Position numbers and translations under genes: made by a program. From positions 356 through 64,355 of the forward strand of contig CAYOJJ010000018.1 in assembly GCA_964404255.1 (NCBI GenBank): 64,000 bases of DNA, read 5' to 3'. The first letter of the stretch is position 1. Every line of letters starts with the position of its first letter. Shown piece by piece: positions 53,277-62,895 of this stretch. This DNA comes from an uncultured Alphaproteobacteria bacterium. GTDB lineage: Bacteria > Bacteroidota > Ignavibacteria > Palsa-1295. A model generated the notes under the pieces. The model did no database searches, had not been told where the DNA came from, and worked only from the letters and a program-made list of their open reading frames with translations.

Positions 53277-55538
53277 TTACCGACGGCCGCCATAGCCGCC
53301 GCCGCGACGGTCACCACCGCCACCACCACGACGATCGCCGCCACGGAATCCACCACGGTCTCCGCCGCGATCACCACCACGGCCACCGCGATCTCCACCC
53401 CCTTCACGTCTCGGACGCTCGACATACCCTTCCGGCTTTTCCATCAAGGCTTTTCTCGAAAGCGAGAATTTGCCATCCGGCTTAACCGCAATAAGCTTTA
53501 CATCGAATTCATCACCGACCTGAATAAGATCGCTAATGTTATCGACACGGTTATAATCGATCTCGGAGATATGCATCAAGCCTTCCTTCTTCGGCAAGAA
53601 CTCCATGATAGCGCCGAGGCCTTCGCGAACCTGGGTTACTTTGGCACGATAGACGGTACCTTCTTCCGGCAATGCCGTAAGACCATCGATCATTGCTTTG
53701 GCCTTTGCAGCAGCTTCGCCGTTGGTTGCGGCAATAGTCAGCGTACCATCGTCCTCAATCGTAATATCATCGACACCCGAAGTAGCCTGGATCTCACGGA
53801 TCATCTTACCGCCAGGTCCGATAATCAGACCGATCATATCAACCGGCACCTTCATCGTGGTCATGCGCGGAGCATGCATCGAGAGATCGCCACGAGCAGC
53901 AGAGAGGGCTTCATCCATCTTTCCGAGGATGTGCATACGGCCTTCTTTTGCCTGTAATAATGCCTTCTCAAGAAGAGCAAAGTCAATACCTTTGATCTTC
54001 ATATCCATCTGGCAGGCCGTAATACCATCGCGGGTACCGCAAACCTTGAAATCCATATCGCCGAGGAAATCTTCGTTACCGAGAATATCGGAAAGAACCG
54101 AAGAGCGCTCCCCTTCTTTGATAAGACCCATTGCAATACCGGCGACCGGCTTCTTCAAATGCACACCGGCATCGAAGAGTGCAAGGCTTCCGGCGCAGAC
54201 CGTTGCCATCGAACTCGAACCGTTCGATTCAAGAATATCGCTGACAATACGAATGGCATACGGAAATTCTTCCGACGAAGGAAGCAGGTCCCTTAAAGCA
54301 CGCTCGGCAAGGTTACCGTGACCGATTTCGCGGCGACCGGTACCAGTCATTCTGCCAACTTCACCAACGCTGAACGGCGGGAAATTATAGTGAAGCATAA
54401 AACGCTTGGTGGTTTCCGGACGCAAGCCTTCGATGCTCTGCTCATCACGCTTGGTACCGAGAGTAACCGACGAGAGCGACTGGGTTTCACCGCGGGTAAA
54501 CAAGCTCGAACCGTGGGCTCTCGGAAGAACACCGACTTCAATCGTGATCGGACGAACGGTCGTCGTATTACGGCCATCGAGACGAATGTTATCGCTTAAG
54601 ATCATCTCGCGCATCTCACGCTTTTCGATCTCTTTTAAGCAAGCAGCAACATAACTTTCGGCTTCCGTATATTTTTCTTCGCCGAACTGAGTTTTAATTG
54701 CCTCTTTAACGGCATCTTTTGCAGCCGTTGTTTGGGTCGAACGCTCCTCTTTTGTGAGGATGGTACGGGCAAGACGACGAAGTTCGCTTGTAGCAAGTTC
54801 TTCGATACGGAGTTTAATTTCTGGATAATCGACCGGAGCGGCAACTTCACGCTTTGCCTTAGCAAGGCCGGATTCACGAGCAATACGCTCCAAGCCTTCG
54901 CAAACCAACTTGACAGAATCGGCGGCGGCACGAAGTGCTTCGAGATATTCGATCTCGCTGATCTCGTGCGATTCGCCTTCTACCATGACGATAGAATCTT
55001 TCGTGCCGGCTACGATAAATTCGTAATCGGCTTTCTCTAATTCATCGAACGTCGGATTAATAACGATCTGGCCTTCGATACGAGCTACGCGAACTGCTGC
55101 AATGGCTTCAGCGAACGGGATATCGGAAAGCAACAGGGATAGCGAAGCTCCGCAGACAGCCAGTACATCGGCGTCATTCTGCTGATCGCTCGAAATAACA
55201 AAAGCTACGATCTGCGTCTCATAATACCACTTCTTGGGGAACATGGGGCGGATCGGACGATCGACGATTCGCGCCGAGAGGACTTCTTTTTCAGAAGGCT
55301 TGGCTTCACGCTTGAAATAGCCGCCCGGTATCTTACCGGCAGCAGCCATACGCTCGCGGTACTCGACCTGGAGCGGTAAAAAGTCTATGCCTACGCTTGC
55401 TTTTTCAGAAGCACAGACGGTAGTGAGCACCATGGTCTCGCCAAGGCTCGTAACGGCCGACCCGGCGGCCTGTTTTGCATACTTCCCGATATCGAACGAT
55501 AATTGTTTACCGCCGGGAAGTTCTATTGAGTGTATCAT
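53277..55538 (-). CDS. pnp: Polynucleotide phosphorylase with C-terminal Arg/Gly-rich tail
   Basis: Two RNase PH domains, a KH domain (IGLIIGPGGKMIREI), an S1 domain, then a 51-aa RGG/DRGG tail. Confidence 0.93.
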   Translation of the reverse strand: MIHSIELPGGKQLSFDIGKYAKQAAGSAVTSLGETMVLTTVCASEKASVGIDFLPLQVEYRERMAAAGKIPGGYFKREAKPSEKEVLSARIVDRPIRPMFPKKWYYETQIVAFVISSDQQNDADVLAVCGASLSLLLSDIPFAEAIAAVRVARIEGQIVINPTFDELEKADYEFIVAGTKDSIVMVEGESHEISEIEYLEALRAAADSVKLVCEGLERIARESGLAKAKREVAAPVDYPEIKLRIEELATSELRRLARTILTKEERSTQTTAAKDAVKEAIKTQFGEEKYTEAESYVAACLKEIEKREMREMILSDNIRLDGRNTTTVRPITIEVGVLPRAHGSSLFTRGETQSLSSVTLGTKRDEQSIEGLRPETTKRFMLHYNFPPFSVGEVGRMTGTGRREIGHGNLAERALRDLLPSSEEFPYAIRIVSDILESNGSSSMATVCAGSLALFDAGVHLKKPVAGIAMGLIKEGERSSVLSDILGNEDFLGDMDFKVCGTRDGITACQMDMKIKGIDFALLEKALLQAKEGRMHILGKMDEALSAARGDLSMHAPRMTTMKVPVDMIGLIIGPGGKMIREIQATSGVDDITIEDDGTLTIAATNGEAAAKAKAMIDGLTALPEEGTVYRAKVTQVREGLGAIMEFLPKKEGLMHISEIDYNRVDNISDLIQVGDEFDVKLIAVKPDGKFSLSRKALMEKPEGYVERPRREGGGDRGGRGGDRGGDRGGFRGGDRRGGGGGDRRGGGYGGRR

Positions 55539-55764
55539 GATATAAATAATTAAGCCAATGCATACCGATGCATCGGATGTGAAAAAAAAACTATAACTGT
55601 TCGGTAGTCATTAAATGCGATGAATGATACTGTGTACGCTGCGCGCCCAGAGGGAAACAAGGTATGAGTAGAGGCGCTTTATAGTCGGATGTAGGTCAAA
55701 CGTCTCATCGCATTCACTGGGATCGGCACTCCTCGTGACGCTTCTATACACAGCAACTATCAAC

Positions 55765-55801
55765 GAACAAAAAACAAGGGGCTGCCGGTATAGGCAGCCC
55801 C
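55765..55801 (-). terminator. rpsO terminator/attenuator upstream of pnp
   Basis: On the minus strand: GGGGCTGCC-TATACC-GGCAGCCCC followed by TTGTTTTTTG. Confidence 0.75.
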
Positions 55802-55811
55802 GAAAAACTTA

Positions 55812-56081
55812 TTACTTACGGATTTCGAGGTCCTGAATGACCTGGCGATACCGGGCAATGTCTTTCTTCATCAGATAATCGAGAAGCGAGCGGCGCTTAC
55901 CTACCATCTTCAAGAGACCGACCTTCGAATGATGATCTTTCGGGTTAGCCTGAAAATGCGGGGTAAGAGTATTAATGCGCTCGGTAAGGATAGCGATCTG
56001 GACTTCCGTACGACCGGAATCCTTAGCACCACTACCAAATTTCGAGATAAGATCTGACGTTTTCTGTTTAGTAATCGACAT
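55812..56081 (-). CDS. rpsO: 30S ribosomal protein S15
   Basis: 89 aa, with [35 protein letters not shown]. Confidence 0.93.
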   Translation of the reverse strand: MSITKQKTSDLISKFGSGAKDSGRTEVQIAILTERINTLTPHFQANPKDHHSKVGLLKMVGKRRSLLDYLMKKDIARYRQVIQDLEIRK

Positions 56082-56192
56082 AAGTTATTATTATAGCATC
56101 GTTTAACAAGACCCAAAACCTTCTGCTATCAAAGCTTTGGGCACTCTTCGAATCCGGTCTAAACGGCTTCTAAGCTACTAAAATTCCTCAAA

Positions 56193-57209
56193 TTATGCCC
56201 TGCCGCCGGCCTCCGAAAGAGCAAGTAAATACGCACCTGTCCCCCACCACCATTCGCCGCGGGATAGCGATTTATAGTAAGCGATGGTCCCTGGCCATGT
56301 CCCTTCCGATACACCGGTGAAGGATCCATTCTTCGCTACATAGGACATAAGGCCTTTTTCAGCTTTTGCAATTACAGGATCGAAGCTTTTAGGCAGGGCA
56401 CCCAGATTTCGGCAACGCAATAATGCAAAAAGATACATTGCCGAAGCGGAGGTCTCTTCATAAGCAGACGGGTCATCGATAATCGTACGCCATAAGCCCT
56501 TAGCGGTTTGGTATTTTTTTAATGCCGTCGCAAGCGGCAAAAACACTTCATCACGAACATATTGGAATTCAGAAGAACGAGGCTTGAAGTTTGAAAGCAG
56601 TTCTACCGAGGTCATCATCACCCAGCCGTTGCCACGGGCCCATGAACCCTCAGAACGTTTGCCACCAAGATTTTCTTCACAATGAATAAAGAACGGCTTT
56701 TTCCCATCGCGAAGAATTTCAAGATGGCCTTTGAGTTGCAGCAGCGCATCGACTTTCCATTCACGTCCGAGATACGTGCCAAGCTTAGCCAGAATAACCG
56801 AAGAATAGTAGATGGTATCGATATAGAGATTAGGCAAATCGACATTATGAAGGATCAGTCCGTTGCCATTACGCAAAGCCTTTTCGGTGATGACATCATA
56901 AATGCGCTCGGCCGTTGCCCGAAGCTGAACCTGTACTTCCGGGAAATGGCGCTCAATATCAGGATATAATAATCCAAAACTCCAGGAGCCACAAAAGTAA
57001 TTTACCGATACCTGTTCATTCAAATGAAAGTGTACCCAGCGGCGGACAAATTCTTTGACCATCGGATCGTTCGTATGATCGAGGCTTCGCAATAAACCAT
57101 AAAAGGCCAGCGATTGCCCCCAATCCGTCGATTCGGATTCCGGGCGATGGCGTTCACACCACGAACGGCTAATGACTGATAGTAGATTTATAGAACCGGA
57201 AGTCTTCAT
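56193..57209 (-). CDS. Glycoside hydrolase family 88/105-like (unsaturated glucuronyl / rhamnogalacturonyl hydrolase)
   Basis: (alpha/alpha)6-barrel-type motifs: WGQSLAFYGLL, IDTIYYSS, WARGNGWVMM, and ETSASAMYLFALL. Confidence 0.72.
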   Translation of the reverse strand: MKTSGSINLLSVISRSWCERHRPESESTDWGQSLAFYGLLRSLDHTNDPMVKEFVRRWVHFHLNEQVSVNYFCGSWSFGLLYPDIERHFPEVQVQLRATAERIYDVITEKALRNGNGLILHNVDLPNLYIDTIYYSSVILAKLGTYLGREWKVDALLQLKGHLEILRDGKKPFFIHCEENLGGKRSEGSWARGNGWVMMTSVELLSNFKPRSSEFQYVRDEVFLPLATALKKYQTAKGLWRTIIDDPSAYEETSASAMYLFALLRCRNLGALPKSFDPVIAKAEKGLMSYVAKNGSFTGVSEGTWPGTIAYYKSLSRGEWWWGTGAYLLALSEAGGRA

Positions 57210-57295
57210 ATCCCCTAATTTACGAATAGACTAGGAGCGAACCTCTTCTCCTTGACTAACTCGATCTTAAAACCCAACTTTATCCTGAAAGACCG

Positions 57296-59230
57296 TTAAT
57301 CGACTTTAGCCGGGACGGGTGTGCGGCCGAAGCGGCGGTCAAGCTCATCAAGTGCTAATTTGATTACAATAGGCCGGCCGTGAGGACAGACATACGGCAT
57401 CTTCGTCTGGAAAAGCTGCTCTATGAGCGAATGCATTTCCTCCTGCGAAAGCTTATCGCCGGATTTTATAGCAGCCTTGCACGAAAACCCTGCCGCCAGC
57501 GCCTCCCGGGTTGAAAACGTACCCAGCCTGTCATACTCCTCATACGATTCAAGCAACTCATGAAGGATAGAAGGCTCGTTGCCGCTTTTTACATCTGTAG
57601 GCACAGCATCGATAACGACGGATGTCCCTCCGAAGAAGCGAATATGAAAGCCCATGCGCTCGAGCTGGTCATGAAGCTCACGGATCATTGCAACTTCTTT
57701 CGGCAGCAGTTCGACCGCCTGCGGAAAGAGTAACTCCTGTGAGTTTCCTTTTCCTTCTTCAAGCGAATGCAGGATACGCTCATAAAGAATACGCTCATGA
57801 GCAACATGCTGATCGACGATCATCAACCCAGTTTTGATCTGGCAGAAGATGTATTTAGTATGCATCTGCCAAAGCTGTGGCTTTTCTGCCAATACTTCAT
57901 GGCTGACTGCCTTGCGTTCGGCTGCAGAAGTCGGTGCCGGAGGCTCAACCGCTTCCCCATTCTCAGAAGGGGTAGCTGGTGTTGGCATCAATCTGGAAGA
58001 TTGATTACCGAAAAGATCCTGACTGGTTTTTCCGAACAGACGCTCTACCGTCCCGAGTCCATTTCCTGCCACCGGTGGTTTTAGTCCGGGGATAGTGGAA
58101 ACATCACGGCTTGATGTCGGCCTGAGCATTGGGGCAGGAGTATTTTCCGGAAAACGAAGTCGCGCTGCATCGCCTTGGTTAATACCGGCAGGCATTACCA
58201 TTTCAGGAGCCATTGCTCCTTCAGAGGCGCTTTGCTGAGTTGCCTTTTGCAATACTTTGGCAAGAGCGCGGCGGACTTCATCGATCACCATCCGCTCATC
58301 ATCAAACTTTACTTCCAGTTTTTGCGGATGGACATTCGCATCTACTTTACTGGGATCGATCTCAATAAAAAGAAAGCAGGATGGAAATGAGCCTTTTTCT
58401 ACTAAGTGCTCATAGGCATTGGTCAGCGCGAAGGAAAGCCCGCGGGAAGTATGGATGGAACGGTTATTAACAAAAAAGAACTGTTCGGAGCGTACCCGTT
58501 TTACAAAACCCGGTGTGCTCATAAATCCATGCAAATGGATATTCGGCGTAACTGTCTCTACGGCAAGCAGCGAGGAGCGCAGGCGGGACCCAAATATCTG
58601 CTCGATGCGCTCGGGTAACGGGCGAAAGGCCGGGAGATCGAAAACGCAATCATGATCGCTTACGAGCATGAAACGCACATTAGGGTTTGCGAGCGCAGCC
58701 CGAGTGACCGTATCGATAATGTGCTTAAACTCCGTTGCTTCGCTCTTTAAAAATTTTCTTCTTGCCGGAACATTGAAAAAAAGATTACGAACATAGACTG
58801 TTGTTCCTTCGTCGCAGGCTTCACTACGAACTTCCCGCTTTACACTTCCCTCGACTTTTACAAACGTACCGAGCTCATCTTCTCGGCGACGGGTGCGAAG
58901 CTCGAACTGTGAGACCGAAGCAACAGCGGCGAGTGCTTCGCCGCGAAAACCGTAGGTCCGGAGTTTTTCAAGGTCATCGATCTCATTGAGCTTACTCGTC
59001 GCATGGCGTTCGACCGAAAGCTCGGCATCTTCGCGAGACATTCCGCAGCCATCATCGACTACCTGAATCAGCGTCCGTCCGGCTTGCTTAATAATAACCG
59101 TGATCGTTTGAGCGCCCGAATCGAGCGAATTCTCGACCAATTCTTTTACAACCGATTCCGGGCGGGTAACTACTTCACCGGCAGCGATCTTCTGAGCAAG
59201 CGTTGGGGATAATTTATGAATGACGGACAT
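57296..59230 (-). CDS. mutL: DNA mismatch repair protein MutL
   Basis: GHKL ATPase N-terminus (IAAGEVVTRPESVVKELVENSLDSGA, DDGCGM, YGFRGEAL). The C-terminal dimerisation domain carries the endonuclease motif DQHVAHERILYE. Confidence 0.92.
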   Translation of the reverse strand: MSVIHKLSPTLAQKIAAGEVVTRPESVVKELVENSLDSGAQTITVIIKQAGRTLIQVVDDGCGMSREDAELSVERHATSKLNEIDDLEKLRTYGFRGEALAAVASVSQFELRTRRREDELGTFVKVEGSVKREVRSEACDEGTTVYVRNLFFNVPARRKFLKSEATEFKHIIDTVTRAALANPNVRFMLVSDHDCVFDLPAFRPLPERIEQIFGSRLRSSLLAVETVTPNIHLHGFMSTPGFVKRVRSEQFFFVNNRSIHTSRGLSFALTNAYEHLVEKGSFPSCFLFIEIDPSKVDANVHPQKLEVKFDDERMVIDEVRRALAKVLQKATQQSASEGAMAPEMVMPAGINQGDAARLRFPENTPAPMLRPTSSRDVSTIPGLKPPVAGNGLGTVERLFGKTSQDLFGNQSSRLMPTPATPSENGEAVEPPAPTSAAERKAVSHEVLAEKPQLWQMHTKYIFCQIKTGLMIVDQHVAHERILYERILHSLEEGKGNSQELLFPQAVELLPKEVAMIRELHDQLERMGFHIRFFGGTSVVIDAVPTDVKSGNEPSILHELLESYEEYDRLGTFSTREALAAGFSCKAAIKSGDKLSQEEMHSLIEQLFQTKMPYVCPHGRPIVIKLALDELDRRFGRTPVPAKVD

Positions 59231-59232
59231 GC

Positions 59233-60231
59233 TCAGCCCTTTACCTCTTCTTCTACCGTATAGGATTCTCCCTGGAAGGTCTCATCACCAAAAAGGGCTT
59301 TCGCAAACTCGTTCGGATCAAATGGCTGAAGATCATCTATTGCTTCACCGACGCCAATATATTTCACCGGAATCTTCATCTCATTTGCTAAGGCGATAAC
59401 AACACCACCTTTCGCCGTACCATCGAGCTTCGTCAAGATCAGGCCGGTAATAGGTGCTACTTTTGAAAATTCTTTTGCCTGCTGTAACGCATTCTGCCCT
59501 GTCGTTGCATCGAGTGCTAATAATACTTCATGCGGCGCATCGGGAATAAGTTTGCGCATGACGCGAGTCATTTTCTCAAGCTCCTGCATCAGGTGCTGTT
59601 TATTATGCAAGCGTCCGGCAGTATCGATCAGCACAACATCGGCATTACGCGAAATAGCAGCTTGCAGAGTATCGTAAGAAACGGCCGATGGGTCCGCCCC
59701 ATGATGCTGTTGAACAATCTCAACTCCGGCCCGATCGGCCCAAACCTCCAATTGTGAATTGGCCGCTGCACGGAAAGTGTCTGCTGCGCCAATGAGTACT
59801 TGTTTACCGGAATTACGGTAATTATAAGCAAGCTTTCCGACCGTTGTGGTCTTGCCTACGCCATTGACACCAATGATCATCGTCACGAATGGCTTTTTAT
59901 CTGCGGGTAAAGCAAATGGATCTTCAGAAGCAGTGAACGCTCCATCGTGAGTAAGTGCTTTGGTTATCTCTTTTCGAAGTTCGTCCCGCAGTTCGGAAGC
60001 ATCAGTCCATTTCATCCTTGCCATAGTGGCTTGAATGTTGGACATGATCTGCTCCGTTGTCATCATCCCAACATCGGCGAGCAGAAGGGTCTCTTCGATT
60101 TCGGCCATCAATTCGTCGTCGATCTTACGGCTTCGATGCAGGATGCGCGTGATCTTGCGCACAAGATTCTCTTGTGTCTTCGCCAGCCCTTCTTTCAGGC
60201 GCGAAAATTTGAATTTATCAAAGAATCCCAT
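59233..60231 (-). CDS. ftsY: Signal recognition particle receptor FtsY
   Basis: GVNGVGKTTT, DTAGRL, and TKLDGTAKGG. The start at ATG 60231 (MGFFDKFKFS) removes the overlap with pgsA. Confidence 0.9.
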   Translation of the reverse strand: MGFFDKFKFSRLKEGLAKTQENLVRKITRILHRSRKIDDELMAEIEETLLLADVGMMTTEQIMSNIQATMARMKWTDASELRDELRKEITKALTHDGAFTASEDPFALPADKKPFVTMIIGVNGVGKTTTVGKLAYNYRNSGKQVLIGAADTFRAAANSQLEVWADRAGVEIVQQHHGADPSAVSYDTLQAAISRNADVVLIDTAGRLHNKQHLMQELEKMTRVMRKLIPDAPHEVLLALDATTGQNALQQAKEFSKVAPITGLILTKLDGTAKGGVVIALANEMKIPVKYIGVGEAIDDLQPFDPNEFAKALFGDETFQGESYTVEEEVKG

Positions 60232-60271
60232 CGAAGTTTCGCAAGTAAAGAGATATACTACGACAAAAAGC

Positions 60272-60832
60272 TTACCTGGCGGAATCGGGTTTGAATAAGA
60301 AACCCGAGCGTGCAATATACACTACGAACGACGTTAGCAGTGCAATGGCCGAGGCAATCCAACCAAACAACAAAATATCACTGGAAAGTCCGCACACGGC
60401 GAGAAAAAGGCAAATGATTGTGAGCAAGATCGCTCCCTTTCCCCAATAGTTAGATGGAGGCACAACGGTTGTTTTTGATCTGACGGCAAGAGCACCAATC
60501 ATAGTCAGTACATCCTTACCGATAACGATAAGCACAAACCATAGCGGCACCATCCCTTTGCTTACCATAGCAAGGATAACAGCTGCAACGTACAGCTTAT
60601 CGGCGGTAGGATCGATGATCTTCCCCCACTCGCTTACCGTATTGGTTTTTCTTGCTACATATCCATCGAGAATATCCGTCAGATAGGCAAGGACCATACA
60701 AGAACCGGTTATAGCCCAATCTCCGGAAAGGAAGGTAAGTACCGTCGGGATAGCAAGCAGTACCCGAAAAAAGCTGATAGCATTGGAATAGGTCAGTAGT
60801 TTATCGGAAGTATGAGTCAGTGAGGTACTCAT
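60272..60832 (-). CDS. pgsA: CDP-alcohol phosphatidyltransferase (PgsA-like)
   Basis: DILDGYVARK..G..IDPTADK motif in a multi-TM protein. Confidence 0.78.
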   Translation of the reverse strand: MSTSLTHTSDKLLTYSNAISFFRVLLAIPTVLTFLSGDWAITGSCMVLAYLTDILDGYVARKTNTVSEWGKIIDPTADKLYVAAVILAMVSKGMVPLWFVLIVIGKDVLTMIGALAVRSKTTVVPPSNYWGKGAILLTIICLFLAVCGLSSDILLFGWIASAIALLTSFVVYIARSGFLFKPDSAR

Positions 60833-60895
60833 GATAATAAACTGACATGGCTACCGATCACTCGGTATAAATAGAATAGTTGCTCAATTGAAAAC

Positions 60896-61906
60896 TTAAG
60901 CAGCCTTAGCCTGCTGACCGGCAGCCGGATAGCTTTCCGAGTAGATCAGGCAGCGAACATCATGCCCATTGGGATCCTGTGAGAGCACTGGATGAATATT
61001 CTTGCAATCGGCCATAACCTTCGGGCAGCGTGGATGGAAATAACAACCACTTGGGGCATTTGCTGGGCTCGGTACATCACCGGTAAGCATGATACGTTCA
61101 CGCTTAAGACGCGGGTTAGCAACCGGTACTGCAGAAAGTAATGCCTGAGTATAAGGTGCTTTCGGAGCATCATATAGCTCCTTATAATCGGCGATCTCGA
61201 CTACTTCGCCGAGATACATCACCGCTACACGATTGGAAATGTGCTTAACGACCGAGAGATCGTGAGCAATAAAAAGATAGGTCAAGCCAAGCTGTTCCTG
61301 AAGATCCATGAGCAGATTAAGCACCTGCGATTGGATCGATACATCAAGAGCGCTTACCGGCTCATCGCAAACAATAAATTTAGGTTCTACTGAAAGAGCG
61401 CGGGCAATACCGATACGCTGACGTTGTCCACCTGAAAACTCATGTGGGTATCTTCTTGCATGCAAAGGGTTTAAGCCCACGACCTTAAGAAGCTCTTCAA
61501 CACGGTCTTTCATTTCAGCTTCGGTTTTACGAAGACCATGAACCTTTAAAATCTCTGTCAGCATTCCGCCGACAGTAATTCTGGGATTAAGGGAGGAGTA
61601 TGGATCCTGGAAGATGATCTGCATCTGACGGCGCATTTCGCGCAAGCGGGTCTGCGTCATAGTCGTGACTTCTTCCCCCTCGAATTTTACCGAGCCTGCA
61701 GTCGGCTCGATAAGCCGCAAAATACAGCGGCCGGTTGTAGTCTTGCCGCAGCCAGATTCACCGACGAGGCCAAGAGTCTCACCACGTTTAATGGTGAACG
61801 AGACGTCATCAACCGCTTTTACATGGCCGACTGTTTTTGAAAATACTCCCTGTTTAATGGGGAAATACTTCTTTAAACCTTTTACTTCGAGAAGAATATC
61901 GGACAT
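60896..61906 (-). CDS. Oligopeptide/dipeptide-type ABC transporter ATP-binding protein (OppF/DppF-like)
   Basis: Walker [10 protein letters not shown], signature FSGGQRQR, Walker B IVCDEP, and C-terminal oligo_HPY-like Cys motif (CYFHPRCP). Confidence 0.85.
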   Translation of the reverse strand: MSDILLEVKGLKKYFPIKQGVFSKTVGHVKAVDDVSFTIKRGETLGLVGESGCGKTTTGRCILRLIEPTAGSVKFEGEEVTTMTQTRLREMRRQMQIIFQDPYSSLNPRITVGGMLTEILKVHGLRKTEAEMKDRVEELLKVVGLNPLHARRYPHEFSGGQRQRIGIARALSVEPKFIVCDEPVSALDVSIQSQVLNLLMDLQEQLGLTYLFIAHDLSVVKHISNRVAVMYLGEVVEIADYKELYDAPKAPYTQALLSAVPVANPRLKRERIMLTGDVPSPANAPSGCYFHPRCPKVMADCKNIHPVLSQDPNGHDVRCLIYSESYPAAGQQAKAA

Positions 61907-61950
61907 TTCCGGGTATCCTTAATTAATAATGAATTGTCAAATTTACGAAA

Positions 61951-62871
61951 TCACCAGGTCATGGCGAATGAAAGCATCGGAGCGCCATCGAGCGGTCTGA
62001 CATTTAATCCAAGAGATGTTTTTACTTGCCCGGGAGCAGTAACAGTATTTTCTGCATCCGGATGAGCCACGAGCCTTCCAAAACTATATCCCAATGCTAT
62101 ACCGAGCGGAATATCGCTCCACCAATGGATACTCGTTGCCACCAAACCGGTTGCAATGCCGCCAATAATTGGGTACCCGACATATTTGATCCACGGATCC
62201 GGATAGTTCTCGGTTATAACCGTCAAGGTTGCCAATGCAGTAGCAATATGTCCTGAAGGGAAAGCATCGTAGTGAGGCACATGCTTTGCATAATCGATCT
62301 GATTCGGGAAAAACCGCCAGGCTCCGGTAGGAGTTGTCGCAACAAAGGGGCTTTCCCGACCCGTCAGATGTTTTAATAACTGTACTACTCCGCCACAAGC
62401 TATAATAACTTCAACGGTCTGGCTTGCCGTTCTGATAGCACGTGAATCGCTTGCTATAAATCCATATCCCGCGAAAGCGGCCGCTATACCGAACTGTACT
62501 TTGCCATCACCTAAGTAGGCAAAAAAGTCGTTTACATCATGGTAGGTCTTATTATAATCGTAGGGGCGTTTGGTAAACTGCCAAGTATCATAATCGGTAG
62601 CGATAGTTACAGCCGTAATGGCGCTGATGCCTGCTATTAATGGAAGCTGATCGATCGTAAAGGTTTGCTTAGACCATTTCCACCAATCACCCGGAAGATT
62701 AGTGATCATATCGAATGGACCCGGCCTCCAATTGGAAGCATCCGCAGTGATCACGGAATCATGGATCATAGGAGCCATCATGGTATCGGCATAGACCGAA
62801 TCTATCGGCGAAGCAACGGCGTTTGCTGCCAATACAAGAAGCACTAATATACTACTGATAACCGTACGCAC
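61951..62871 (-). CDS. PAP2-family (type 2 phosphatidic acid phosphatase-like) membrane protein
   Basis: KHLTGRESP, FPSGH, and SIHWWSD motifs. Signal peptide present. Confidence 0.7.
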   Translation of the reverse strand: MRTVISSILVLLVLAANAVASPIDSVYADTMMAPMIHDSVITADASNWRPGPFDMITNLPGDWWKWSKQTFTIDQLPLIAGISAITAVTIATDYDTWQFTKRPYDYNKTYHDVNDFFAYLGDGKVQFGIAAAFAGYGFIASDSRAIRTASQTVEVIIACGGVVQLLKHLTGRESPFVATTPTGAWRFFPNQIDYAKHVPHYDAFPSGHIATALATLTVITENYPDPWIKYVGYPIIGGIATGLVATSIHWWSDIPLGIALGYSFGRLVAHPDAENTVTAPGQVKTSLGLNVRPLDGAPMLSFAMTW

Positions 62872-62895
62872 GTATTCTCTGTTTTCCCGATTTGC

